This document shows positions 33,102 to 41,388 of a stretch of DNA of 57,407 nucleotides, piece by piece. The stretch spans positions 1-57,407 of the forward strand of contig PAOQ02000006.1 in the NCBI GenBank assembly GCA_002708105.2, in the 5' to 3' direction. A program made the translations under genes and the position numbers. Origin of the DNA: a bacterium (lineage in GTDB: Bacteria > Desulfobacterota_D > UBA1144). Position 1 is the first letter of the stretch. Each line of letters starts with the position of its first letter. The notes under the pieces were generated by a model. It searched no databases. It saw only the letters and a list, made by a program, of their open reading frames with translations, and was not told the DNA's origin.

Positions 33102-35903
33102 TTATTGACAAGCTTCGCAGTCGGGATCCATGATACTGCAAGCACTTGTAACTTCTGAAGCTGGTCGTTCTGACTCTGCTTGTTTTTCCTGTGTTTCGTC
33201 AGGAAGATCCTTATACTCTCTCTTTTGAGTATAACCAAATTTATTTGCATCAAGTGTAGATTTTTCAATCTGAGTTGCTGCTAATGTTCGTAAATAATAA
33301 GTCGTTTTTAAACCAAGTTTCCAAGCTGCTATATAAATTTCACTAAGCAATTTTCCAGAAACTCCCTGCATAAATATATTATGAGACTGACTTTGATCAA
33401 TCCATTTTCCCCGCACTGAAGTATGTTTTAAAAGAGTAAGTGGGCTTATTCCAAAAGCCTCCTTGTGCTTTTCTCGCAGTCCCTCTGGTATCTCAGTAAT
33501 TTGATCCAAGTTTCCATCAAAATATTTTATCTTTTCCAACATATCCTTTGACCACAAATTTAGGTCCTTTAAATCACGCACAAGATATGAATTAACAACA
33601 GTAAATTCTCCACTTATATTCGACTTAACGTAAATATTCTTGTAAATTGGCTCAATACACGGATAACATCCTGCAATATTAGAAATAGTGGCGGTAGGAG
33701 CAATTGCCATGGTATTTGAGTTTCTCATTCCATTCTTTTTAACTTTATTTTTTAGCCCTTCCCAATCTAATGAAGTTATCTTGTTAACATCAATATTATC
33801 TTTTCTCTCTTCTTCTAAAATGCTTAGAGTATCAAGAGGAAAAATGCCTTTGTCCCACTTAGAACCTTTAAATGTCTCATAAGAGCCTCTTTCTTTTGCT
33901 AATTCAGAAGATGATTCTATTGCATTATATGAAATAAATTCCATTAGTTGATCAGAAAAATTAAGCGCCTTTGGGGATTCAAACGAAAGATCACACTTAA
34001 AAAGAGCGTCTTGAAGACCCATAATTCCCAGTCCAATTGGTCTATGTTTAAAGTTAGAGTTCTTTGCCTCGATTGTAGGATAAAAATTTAAGTCAATTAC
34101 GTTATCTAGCATTCTTATCGCAGTTTGAACTGATTCTTTTAACAAGTCTTTATCAAGTTTTCCATTCACAATATGTTTAGATAAATTAATAGATCCTAAA
34201 TTACAGACAGCTGTTTCATCTGGAGAAGTATTAAGTGTAATTTCTGTGCATAAATTTGAACTATGCACTACTCCTACATGGTCCTGTGGGGATCGAACGT
34301 TACATGCATCCTTGAAGGTGATCCAAGGATGTCCTGTTTCAAAGATTCTTGTAAGCATTTTTTTCCACAAATCAGGGGCATGGATAGTTTTATGTTTTTT
34401 AATTTTACCTTTTGCTACTTTATCCTCGTAGGCTAAATAAGCATCCTCAAACTTTGAACCATATAAATCATGTAAATCCGAAACTTCCTCTGGAGAAAAC
34501 AACGTCCAGTCTTTTTTCTCGATAACTCTCTTCATAAACAAATCGGGAATCCAATTTGATGTATTCATATCGTGAGTTCTTCTTCTGTCATCACCAGTAT
34601 TTCTTCTCAAATCTAAAAAGTCTTCAATATCTAAATGCCAAGTTTCAAGATAAGCACATGTTGCCCCTCTTCTTTTTCCACTTCTATTAATCGCTACAGT
34701 TACATCATTAGCTATCTTTAAGAAAGGAACAACACCTTGGCTTTCAACATTAGTACTGTTTATCTGAGAACCTGTTGCCCTTATATTCGTCCAATCATTG
34801 CCTAAACCACCTGACCATTTCGACAATTGAGCATTATCTCCAACGCATTTAAATATATGTGATAAGTCATCAGAAACTGTCGTTAGATAACATGAACTTA
34901 ATTGAGGGTGTGGAGTTCCGGAATGAAATAACGTAGGGGTAGATGAAACAAACTCCATTGATGATAACTTATTATAAAACTCTAAAGCTCTTGAATCTTT
35001 ATTTTTTTCATTAATCGAAACACCCATTGCAACCCTCATCCAAAATGCTTGTGGTAATTCGAATTTTCTTCCTTCATGATTTAACAGATATCTTTCATAT
35101 AAAGTTTGTATCCCTATAAATTCAAACAAACCATCTCTATTTAAATCCAAGGAATTTGCTAATTTTTCTAAATCAAAATCTAATAATTCTTTACTAAGAT
35201 AGCCATGCTTAACTCCTACCCTAATACCGTTAATAAAGGTTTCTCTATACTGACTCTCAAAAGAATCTTCTGTAACTGAAACTTCCATTCCCTCTTTGTA
35301 AAGTCTTTGTAAAAATAGTCGCGCTGACACCTTGCTATAATCAGGATCTCTCTCAATAAAAGCTGTTGAGGATAATATCAAAGCCCTCTCTAAATCTTCT
35401 GTGGTAGCTCCATCAAAAATATTTCTTGTCAACTCTTTTACTATTGAATCAACTGATGTTGTATCAGGATACTTTTCGCAAGCTCTTGAAACAGTCTTTC
35501 TTATCTTTTGTGGATTAAATAGAACATTTATTCCATCCCTCTTTCTAATTTTAAGCTTTCCTAATTCAGCTTTTTGGGAAATTTTTTCTTTTTGCTTTTC
35601 TCTTTCTTTCGCTCGTTCAGCTCTATAAATAATGTATCGACGAGCAACTGTAAATAAGTCAGATCTAATCAAGTGCTTTTCGACTATATCTTGAATGTTC
35701 TCAACGTTTGGATAAAATTCGACAAATCTTGAAAAGATTTCTTCTTCAATCTTATCCACTATTTCAGTTGAATTTACCTCGGAAAGCTCTGGCTCATCAC
35801 CTGCACCTATAGCAGCATTAATGGCATTAAGTATTCTATTTGAATCAAATTTTACCAACTCCCCGGACCTTTTTACAACTAATAACTGCTCGATTTGATT
35901 CAT
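33102..35903 (-). CDS. nrdA: Class Ia ribonucleotide reductase alpha subunit with two N-terminal ATP-cone domains
   Basis: 933 aa. Two V/I-x-KR-x-G-x...F repeats (LLVVKRSGELVKFDSNRI..., LKIRKRDGINVLFNPQKI...). Catalytic core ...SSNLCTEITL..., and a C-terminal Cys pair ...DPDCEACQ. AAGGAGAGA RBS. Confidence 0.95.
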   Translation of the reverse strand: MNQIEQLLVVKRSGELVKFDSNRILNAINAAIGAGDEPELSEVNSTEIVDKIEEEIFSRFVEFYPNVENIQDIVEKHLIRSDLFTVARRYIIYRAERAKEREKQKEKISQKAELGKLKIRKRDGINVLFNPQKIRKTVSRACEKYPDTTSVDSIVKELTRNIFDGATTEDLERALILSSTAFIERDPDYSKVSARLFLQRLYKEGMEVSVTEDSFESQYRETFINGIRVGVKHGYLSKELLDFDLEKLANSLDLNRDGLFEFIGIQTLYERYLLNHEGRKFELPQAFWMRVAMGVSINEKNKDSRALEFYNKLSSMEFVSSTPTLFHSGTPHPQLSSCYLTTVSDDLSHIFKCVGDNAQLSKWSGGLGNDWTNIRATGSQINSTNVESQGVVPFLKIANDVTVAINRSGKRRGATCAYLETWHLDIEDFLDLRRNTGDDRRRTHDMNTSNWIPDLFMKRVIEKKDWTLFSPEEVSDLHDLYGSKFEDAYLAYEDKVAKGKIKKHKTIHAPDLWKKMLTRIFETGHPWITFKDACNVRSPQDHVGVVHSSNLCTEITLNTSPDETAVCNLGSINLSKHIVNGKLDKDLLKESVQTAIRMLDNVIDLNFYPTIEAKNSNFKHRPIGLGIMGLQDALFKCDLSFESPKALNFSDQLMEFISYNAIESSSELAKERGSYETFKGSKWDKGIFPLDTLSILEEERKDNIDVNKITSLDWEGLKNKVKKNGMRNSNTMAIAPTATISNIAGCYPCIEPIYKNIYVKSNISGEFTVVNSYLVRDLKDLNLWSKDMLEKIKYFDGNLDQITEIPEGLREKHKEAFGISPLTLLKHTSVRGKWIDQSQSHNIFMQGVSGKLLSEIYIAAWKLGLKTTYYLRTLAATQIEKSTLDANKFGYTQKREYKDLPDETQEKQAESERPASEVTSACSIMDPDCEACQ

Positions 35904-36041
35904 ACTTGGTCTCTCCTTATTAGGTAAATTTTCAGAGGCAAGGAAAAAGCTTAACGGGGTGCAAAAGGGGAATTTAAACTTAAACCTTGCCCCGGTTAGT
36001 CCATAATCACTCTAAAACCTATCTAATCTTTAGTGCACAAT

Positions 36042-36057
36042 TAACAATATATTGTGA
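36042..36057. promoter_or_regulatory. NrdR-box-like palindrome, proximal (taaCAATATATTGtga)
   Basis: Matches the core CwAtATaTwG of the NrdR box consensus as I recall it (acaCwAtATaTwGtgt). It lies upstream of nrdA. Confidence 0.6.
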
Positions 36058-36067
36058 TTATAAGTTC

Positions 36068-36096
36068 ATTAAACCACTATATATTGTATGAGTCAA
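36068..36096 (-). promoter_or_regulatory. Candidate sigma70-type promoter for nrdAB
   Basis: Reverse strand: TTGACT (36096..36091), 17-nt spacer, TTTAAT (36073..36068). This predicts a leader of about 155 nt before the ATG at 35903. Confidence 0.45.
36074..36089. promoter_or_regulatory. NrdR-box-like palindrome, distal (ccaCTATATATTGtat)
   Basis: Second match to the CwAtATaTwG core, 32 bp (about three helical turns) from the first. It exactly fills the -35/-10 spacer of the candidate nrdA promoter. Confidence 0.55.
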
Positions 36097-36173
36097 GCAA
36101 ATCTTAAATTATTTTTTTTTAACTTTAAAAAGCCAATACTTTAGAGGTCTTAGATCAAAAAAAGATGTAAATT

Positions 36174-37616
36174 TTATCCTGCTTTAGCAATTATTGCCTT
36201 TCCTAAGTCACTAAAAATATATTTATGAAATGGAAAAATCGAATACCAATAAAGATAGCCCCATATCCCTTTTGGCTCGAATACTGCAGTAATTACAAGA
36301 AATGTCTTAGAATTATGAGGAATCGACTCTAATTTTAACCACGCTTCACCAGGCGACTTCAAAGTCATTTTAAGTAAGATTTTTCTATTTTCCTCAAATT
36401 TTTCTACCCTCCAACAATCCATGGAATCTCCCACTTTAAGCATGCTTCTATCACTATCGACAATTTTGGCTCCTCCAATTAAACGATCAATCATTTTCCT
36501 TAGTAACCATAAAAAATTCCAAGCTAACCACCCATTCTTGTCCCCTAAATTTCTTAGAACATTAAATAATTGCTCAGGAGAAGAATCAGTTTCGGTAATT
36601 CTGATCTCTTCAAATCTTCCTCTTCTTTGAAACATCTGATATTTAGGGTAAATATCTTGCTTGTTCCATGAGGTCTCAACAAATTCACTTTTTGTCTTCT
36701 CAAACGATGATTTTATTGAATCTTTTAAGCTTAATAACTTAATCTCAGGAAATAAATCTCGAGACTTAGAAGTATCTCCAATTATATTATTAACTATCCC
36801 TTTGACTATTGGGACTGCGAGTAGATTTGTTATTGGAGTCATCAAACCGATCCACCTGGCAGCTAACCCTGGAGCTAAAACAGGAACAGGGAATATATAT
36901 CTTTTAAGTCCTCTAAATTCACAATACTCTAACATCATGTTTTTAAAAGTAATTGGCTCAGTCCCTATATCGAGTTTCTTTAAAGGAATTTTGTCTATTG
37001 CTAGTATTAGATACTTTAGTACATCTCTAATACTTATAGGTCTAACAAGATAATTAATCCATTTCGGTGCAATCATTACTGGTAATTTTTCACACAAATG
37101 TCTTAGCATTTCATAAGAAGCAGAACCTGAGCCGATTATAGGACCGGCTCGAAATTCAGTTGTTGGCAAATTTTTAGATAAAATTTTTCCTACTTCAATT
37201 CTACTATTTAAGTGTTCCGAAATCTGATGTCCTTCTGGTGAGATTCCACCTAAGTAAATAACATGTTTGATATTTTTAAATAATGCTACAAAATTCTCTG
37301 CTACCAATCGGTCCAGAGCCATATAGTCCTGTGAGTTCGACATGGAATGAATTAAATAATAAGCCTGGTCTACACCTGTTGGAAGCTCCATTAACGACTC
37401 TGGCTTAGTTAGATCGCCTTCAAAGACCTCCACATCTTTATACCAAGATTTATTTCTTATCTTTTCTTTATCCCGAACTAAAACTCGAACTTTAAATCCA
37501 TTACTTAGAAGCCTAGGAATCAATCTTCCACCTATATAGCCAGTAGCTCCAGTTACAAGAATTCTTGCATTTTTAGTACTAATTTTGATAGGGTTATAAA
37601 ATTGATTCATAGACAA
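36174..37616 (-). CDS. NAD(P)-binding SDR/NmrA-like protein with a C-terminal DUF2867-like domain
   Basis: Rossmann motif ILVTGATGYIGGRLIPRLL at the N-terminus. About 150 extra C-terminal residues, as in SDR-DUF2867 fusions (from memory). Confidence 0.7.
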   Translation of the reverse strand: MSMNQFYNPIKISTKNARILVTGATGYIGGRLIPRLLSNGFKVRVLVRDKEKIRNKSWYKDVEVFEGDLTKPESLMELPTGVDQAYYLIHSMSNSQDYMALDRLVAENFVALFKNIKHVIYLGGISPEGHQISEHLNSRIEVGKILSKNLPTTEFRAGPIIGSGSASYEMLRHLCEKLPVMIAPKWINYLVRPISIRDVLKYLILAIDKIPLKKLDIGTEPITFKNMMLEYCEFRGLKRYIFPVPVLAPGLAARWIGLMTPITNLLAVPIVKGIVNNIIGDTSKSRDLFPEIKLLSLKDSIKSSFEKTKSEFVETSWNKQDIYPKYQMFQRRGRFEEIRITETDSSPEQLFNVLRNLGDKNGWLAWNFLWLLRKMIDRLIGGAKIVDSDRSMLKVGDSMDCWRVEKFEENRKILLKMTLKSPGEAWLKLESIPHNSKTFLVITAVFEPKGIWGYLYWYSIFPFHKYIFSDLGKAIIAKAG

Positions 37617-37669
37617 TATATTAACTAATTATTTGAAATAACTGATTTTATAATGTAATTAATCATAGT

Positions 37670-38755
37670 ATGAATGATTTTTTTAATTCATTTACAAATA
37701 TATTATTCATTAACAACTATATCTGGGAATGGTTATTAGCAATTCTATCAATTGCAATAATATACCTAGCTTTAATTTTTATAAAAAACCTAGCAGAAAA
37801 AAAGCTAAAAAAATTCGCTGATAAGACAAGTAATAATTTTGATGACTATCTTTTAGAGATACTTTCTTCAACCTCGAAGATATTTGTCTTAATTGGTGCA
37901 ATAAACATAGGTTGCGAGATAGTAAAACTAGACACCAATATTACAAATATTTTAAATCATGTATTTATTCTTGCACTATTTTGGCAAATAACCAAATGGG
38001 TCATATTAATTGCAAACATAATCTTTGCACGATACAAAAAAATTAAAGAAATTAATGACGACATGCATGGTGTTACGGCAATAAATGGTCTAACAGCAAT
38101 ATCGAAATTTGTTATATGGCTAATTTTTCTTATGTTGGCTATGGATAATCTTGGTGTAGATATTACAGCATTGGTAGCAGGGCTTGGCATTGGAGGCCTC
38201 GCTATAGCTTTAGCTGCACAAAGTATCCTGGGAGATCTTTTTGCATCATTAACTATAATGATAGACAAACCTATTGCAATTGGAGATTATGTTGTGGTCG
38301 ATAATTTTATGGGGAACGTTAAGGCAATAGGAATAAAAAGTACGAAACTAGAAAGTCTTACCGGGGAAGAAATAATTATCTCTAATTCCGACTTATTAAA
38401 TTCACGATTAAGAAATTATCATCAATCAAGAATGAAAAAAAGAAGAAGTACAATGAAGATCGGAATAATATACGAAACTGATTTTAAAAAACTTAAGAAA
38501 GTACAAGAAATACTTAAAGACATAGTAAAATCAAATCCAAAGACTGAATATATTAGAGCGATTTTCACAGATTTTGGGGATTTTTCTCTAGACTTTGAGT
38601 TGACCTATAATGTATTAAGTCCCGACTATGAAACGTTAACAGAGATAAACCATGAAATTAGATTAAAGATTTTTGAAACTTTCGAGAAGGAAAATCTTGA
38701 ATTCGCTTATCCAACTAGAACAATTCATATAGCCAAAGATATGCCACAAACTTAA
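37670..38755 (+). CDS. Small-conductance mechanosensitive channel (MscS family)
   Basis: Pore-helix and beta-domain junction GIGGLAIALAAQSILGDLFASLTIMIDKPIAIGDYVVV is the MscS hallmark. Confidence 0.88.
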   Translation: MNDFFNSFTNILFINNYIWEWLLAILSIAIIYLALIFIKNLAEKKLKKFADKTSNNFDDYLLEILSSTSKIFVLIGAINIGCEIVKLDTNITNILNHVFILALFWQITKWVILIANIIFARYKKIKEINDDMHGVTAINGLTAISKFVIWLIFLMLAMDNLGVDITALVAGLGIGGLAIALAAQSILGDLFASLTIMIDKPIAIGDYVVVDNFMGNVKAIGIKSTKLESLTGEEIIISNSDLLNSRLRNYHQSRMKKRRSTMKIGIIYETDFKKLKKVQEILKDIVKSNPKTEYIRAIFTDFGDFSLDFELTYNVLSPDYETLTEINHEIRLKIFETFEKENLEFAYPTRTIHIAKDMPQT

Positions 38756-38820
38756 ACCTATCGTAATAAAGTAATAAAATTATAATTTGTTTTAAAAGTA
38801 TATATATTTTATTATTTTTT

Positions 38821-40200
38821 ATGGCGAAAAAAATCTGGAGTGGTAGATTCTTAAAAAAAACCAATGTTGATGCAGAAAACTTTACCTCATCAATCGATAT
38901 TGATAAAAACCTCTATAGCTATGACATTCAAGGCTCAATCGCACATGTCGAAATGTTATCTAAACAAAAAATTATTTCTACTGCCGAAAAAAGTAAAATT
39001 GTTAAAGGTCTAAAAAAAATAAAGGATGAAATAGAGTCTAATAAATTTAACTTTTCACATGAACTTGAAGATATTCATATGAATATTGAAGATTCATTAA
39101 CAAAGAAAATAGGTTCTGCTGGTAAAAAAGTTCACACTGCAAGAAGCAGAAATGATCAAGTTGCTACCGACATAAAGCTATATATAAAAGATATAGCTAA
39201 TTCATTAAAAAAAGATATAATCAAGCTCCAAAAAAGCATATTAAATAAATCTAATAGAAACCTTGACTTAATAATTCCATTTTATACCCATCTACAAAGA
39301 GCACAGCCAATTTTAGTTTCCCATTACTTGCTGGCTTATTTTGAGATGTTCTTAAGAGATACTGAAAGAATAGACGAAGCAATTAAAAGACTAGACCAAA
39401 GCCCATTAGGTTCATGTGCAGGTTCAGGAACATCCTTTAATATTGATAGAGGATACACTTCAAAGAAACTAGGATTTAAAGAGCCAACAAGAAACAGTAT
39501 TGACTCTGTCAGTGATAGAGATTATATAATCGACTCTATATACTGCTGCTCAGTGATAATGATGCATCTTTCTAGGTTTTGTGAAGACTTAATAATATGG
39601 AATAGCTCAGAATTTAATTTCATCACTCTGGGGGACGAATTCACAACAGGCTCTAGCATAATGCCACAAAAAAAGAATCCTGATATTTTAGAACTTGTTA
39701 GAGGAAAATCAGGTGGTGTATATGGAAATCTGATTTCCATTCTTACAAACCTTAAGGGGCTACCTTTAAGCTATAATAGAGACTTACAGGAAGACAAGAG
39801 TCCGCTATTTTCTTCACTAGAAACATCAATGGATTGCATAAGAATATTTACAAAAACATTTGAATCAATACAATTTAACGAAAAGCATATAAAAGATGGC
39901 TTAGATGCAGGCTTCTTAACTGCAACAGATATAGCAGACTATCTAGCAAAAAATAATGTTCCCTTTAGAAAAGCTCATAATATTACAGGGAAAATTGTAG
40001 CGTATTGTGAAAAAAATAATAAAACTCTTTCCTCCTTGAGCCTAAAAGAGTTAAAGAGATTCTCCTCGTCGATAGAAAAGGACATATTTAATTTTATATC
40101 TATAGAAAGATCAGTCTCATCAAAAAAATCATACGGTGGTACGTCAAAAAACAATGTAAGGAAAATGATTGCAAAATATAAGAAAATTTTGTTGAAATAA
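38821..40200 (+). CDS. argH: Argininosuccinate lyase
   Basis: KIWSGRF N-terminus, TARSRNDQVATD, and the fumarate-lyase signature GSSIMPQKKNPD. Confidence 0.96.
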   Translation: MAKKIWSGRFLKKTNVDAENFTSSIDIDKNLYSYDIQGSIAHVEMLSKQKIISTAEKSKIVKGLKKIKDEIESNKFNFSHELEDIHMNIEDSLTKKIGSAGKKVHTARSRNDQVATDIKLYIKDIANSLKKDIIKLQKSILNKSNRNLDLIIPFYTHLQRAQPILVSHYLLAYFEMFLRDTERIDEAIKRLDQSPLGSCAGSGTSFNIDRGYTSKKLGFKEPTRNSIDSVSDRDYIIDSIYCCSVIMMHLSRFCEDLIIWNSSEFNFITLGDEFTTGSSIMPQKKNPDILELVRGKSGGVYGNLISILTNLKGLPLSYNRDLQEDKSPLFSSLETSMDCIRIFTKTFESIQFNEKHIKDGLDAGFLTATDIADYLAKNNVPFRKAHNITGKIVAYCEKNNKTLSSLSLKELKRFSSSIEKDIFNFISIERSVSSKKSYGGTSKNNVRKMIAKYKKILLK

Positions 40201-40256
40201 GATTTTCATTCAAATCAATCACTTGAGCTAACAATTTATTTGTTTACAATATTTTT

Positions 40257-40613
40257 ATGAGTATTTTGAAAACTTTCAAAAACAAAGTGAAAAAGCGTGA
40301 TTATGAAATAAACATATCTTGTCCCGAGTTTACATCTCTATGTCCTGCAACTGGTCAACCGGATTTTGCTGAAATTAGAATCACTTACATCCCTAATCAA
40401 GCCTGTATAGAATTAAAATCTCTGAAGCTTTATATGAACTCCTACAGAGATGTAGGAGAATTCCATGAACATGTAACAAATAAAATTCTTGATGATATTG
40501 TAAATTCATGTAATCCAAAGTATGCCAAAGTAACGGGTGACTTTAATGTGAGAGGAGGTATTAAAACTATTGTTCATGCCGAGTACAAAAAAGGGAAAAA
40601 AAAGAAATTATAG
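40257..40613 (+). CDS. queF: NADPH-dependent 7-cyano-7-deazaguanine (preQ0) reductase, short unimodular type
   Basis: Catalytic Cys motif EFTSLCPATGQPDFA and ELKSLKLYMNSYR. 118 aa. Confidence 0.88.
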   Translation: MSILKTFKNKVKKRDYEINISCPEFTSLCPATGQPDFAEIRITYIPNQACIELKSLKLYMNSYRDVGEFHEHVTNKILDDIVNSCNPKYAKVTGDFNVRGGIKTIVHAEYKKGKKKKL

Positions 40614-41388
40614 CTTTTTGTTCTTTTCTCTATTTCTATTCATTCTTATTCTTTTTTCTATATTTCCTGAATTTTTTGCACCCTTCTCGCCAACCGAGTC
40701 AAATTACGAAGAATTATTAAAAAAACCATCAAAGTCTAATATCTTTGGGACTGACGAACTTGGCAGAGACATTTTTAGCAGAATTATTTTTGGTACAAGG
40801 ATATCTCTTTCAGTAGCAGTGTTTACATCGATTATATCACTTGTTTTTGGAACGATATACGGATTATTCTCCGGAATTAAAGGTGGAATTATAGATGAAA
40901 TATTAATGAAAATTGTGGATATTTTCTATTCTATTCCAGACCTTTTATTAATCTCTATATTTATATTAATATTTGGTCGTGGAGTAACAGGTATAATACT
41001 GGCATTATCATTATTAAGTTGGATGAGAATAGCTAGAATAACAAGAGCAAATGTTATTGAATTAAAAAATAGGCCTTTTGTTCTTAGCGCCAAAGTAATG
41101 GGTTTTTCTGATACAAGAATTGCACTTAAAGAGATCCTTCCAAATATTTTAGCACCTATAATAGTAACTTTTAGTTTTACAATTCCTTCTTCTATCCTTG
41201 CCGAATCGACACTCAGTTTTTTGGGTCTTGGAATATCGCCACCAAATGTTAGCTGGGGTCTAATGGCAAATAATGGATGGCAAGGAATTAGAAGCTTTCC
41301 GCATTTGATTATATTTCCATGTCTAGCAATTTTTCTTTCTACAATTACTTTTATGAAAATTGGAGAATATTTAAAGGAAGAAGTGTAA
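40570..41388 (+). CDS. ABC peptide/nickel-type transporter permease (OppC/DppC family)
   Basis: OppC N-terminal motif FGTDELGRDIFSRIIFG and an EAA-like loop in the TM core. Start is uncertain: ATG 40570/40576 overlaps queF by 38-44 nt, while TTG 40618 avoids overlap but removes the basic cytoplasmic N-terminus. Confidence 0.8.
   Translation: MFMPSTKKGKKRNYSFLFFSLFLFILILFSIFPEFFAPFSPTESNYEELLKKPSKSNIFGTDELGRDIFSRIIFGTRISLSVAVFTSIISLVFGTIYGLFSGIKGGIIDEILMKIVDIFYSIPDLLLISIFILIFGRGVTGIILALSLLSWMRIARITRANVIELKNRPFVLSAKVMGFSDTRIALKEILPNILAPIIVTFSFTIPSSILAESTLSFLGLGISPPNVSWGLMANNGWQGIRSFPHLIIFPCLAIFLSTITFMKIGEYLKEEV

Noticed and set aside
40201-40256. Looked for riboswitches where expected: preQ1 upstream of queF, TPP near thiL (47832..47888), and B12 in the nrdA leader.
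   Set aside because: I could not find the conserved cores I know for these classes. The spacers upstream of queF and thiL are short and almost purely A/T. A covariance-model scan would be needed to be definitive.
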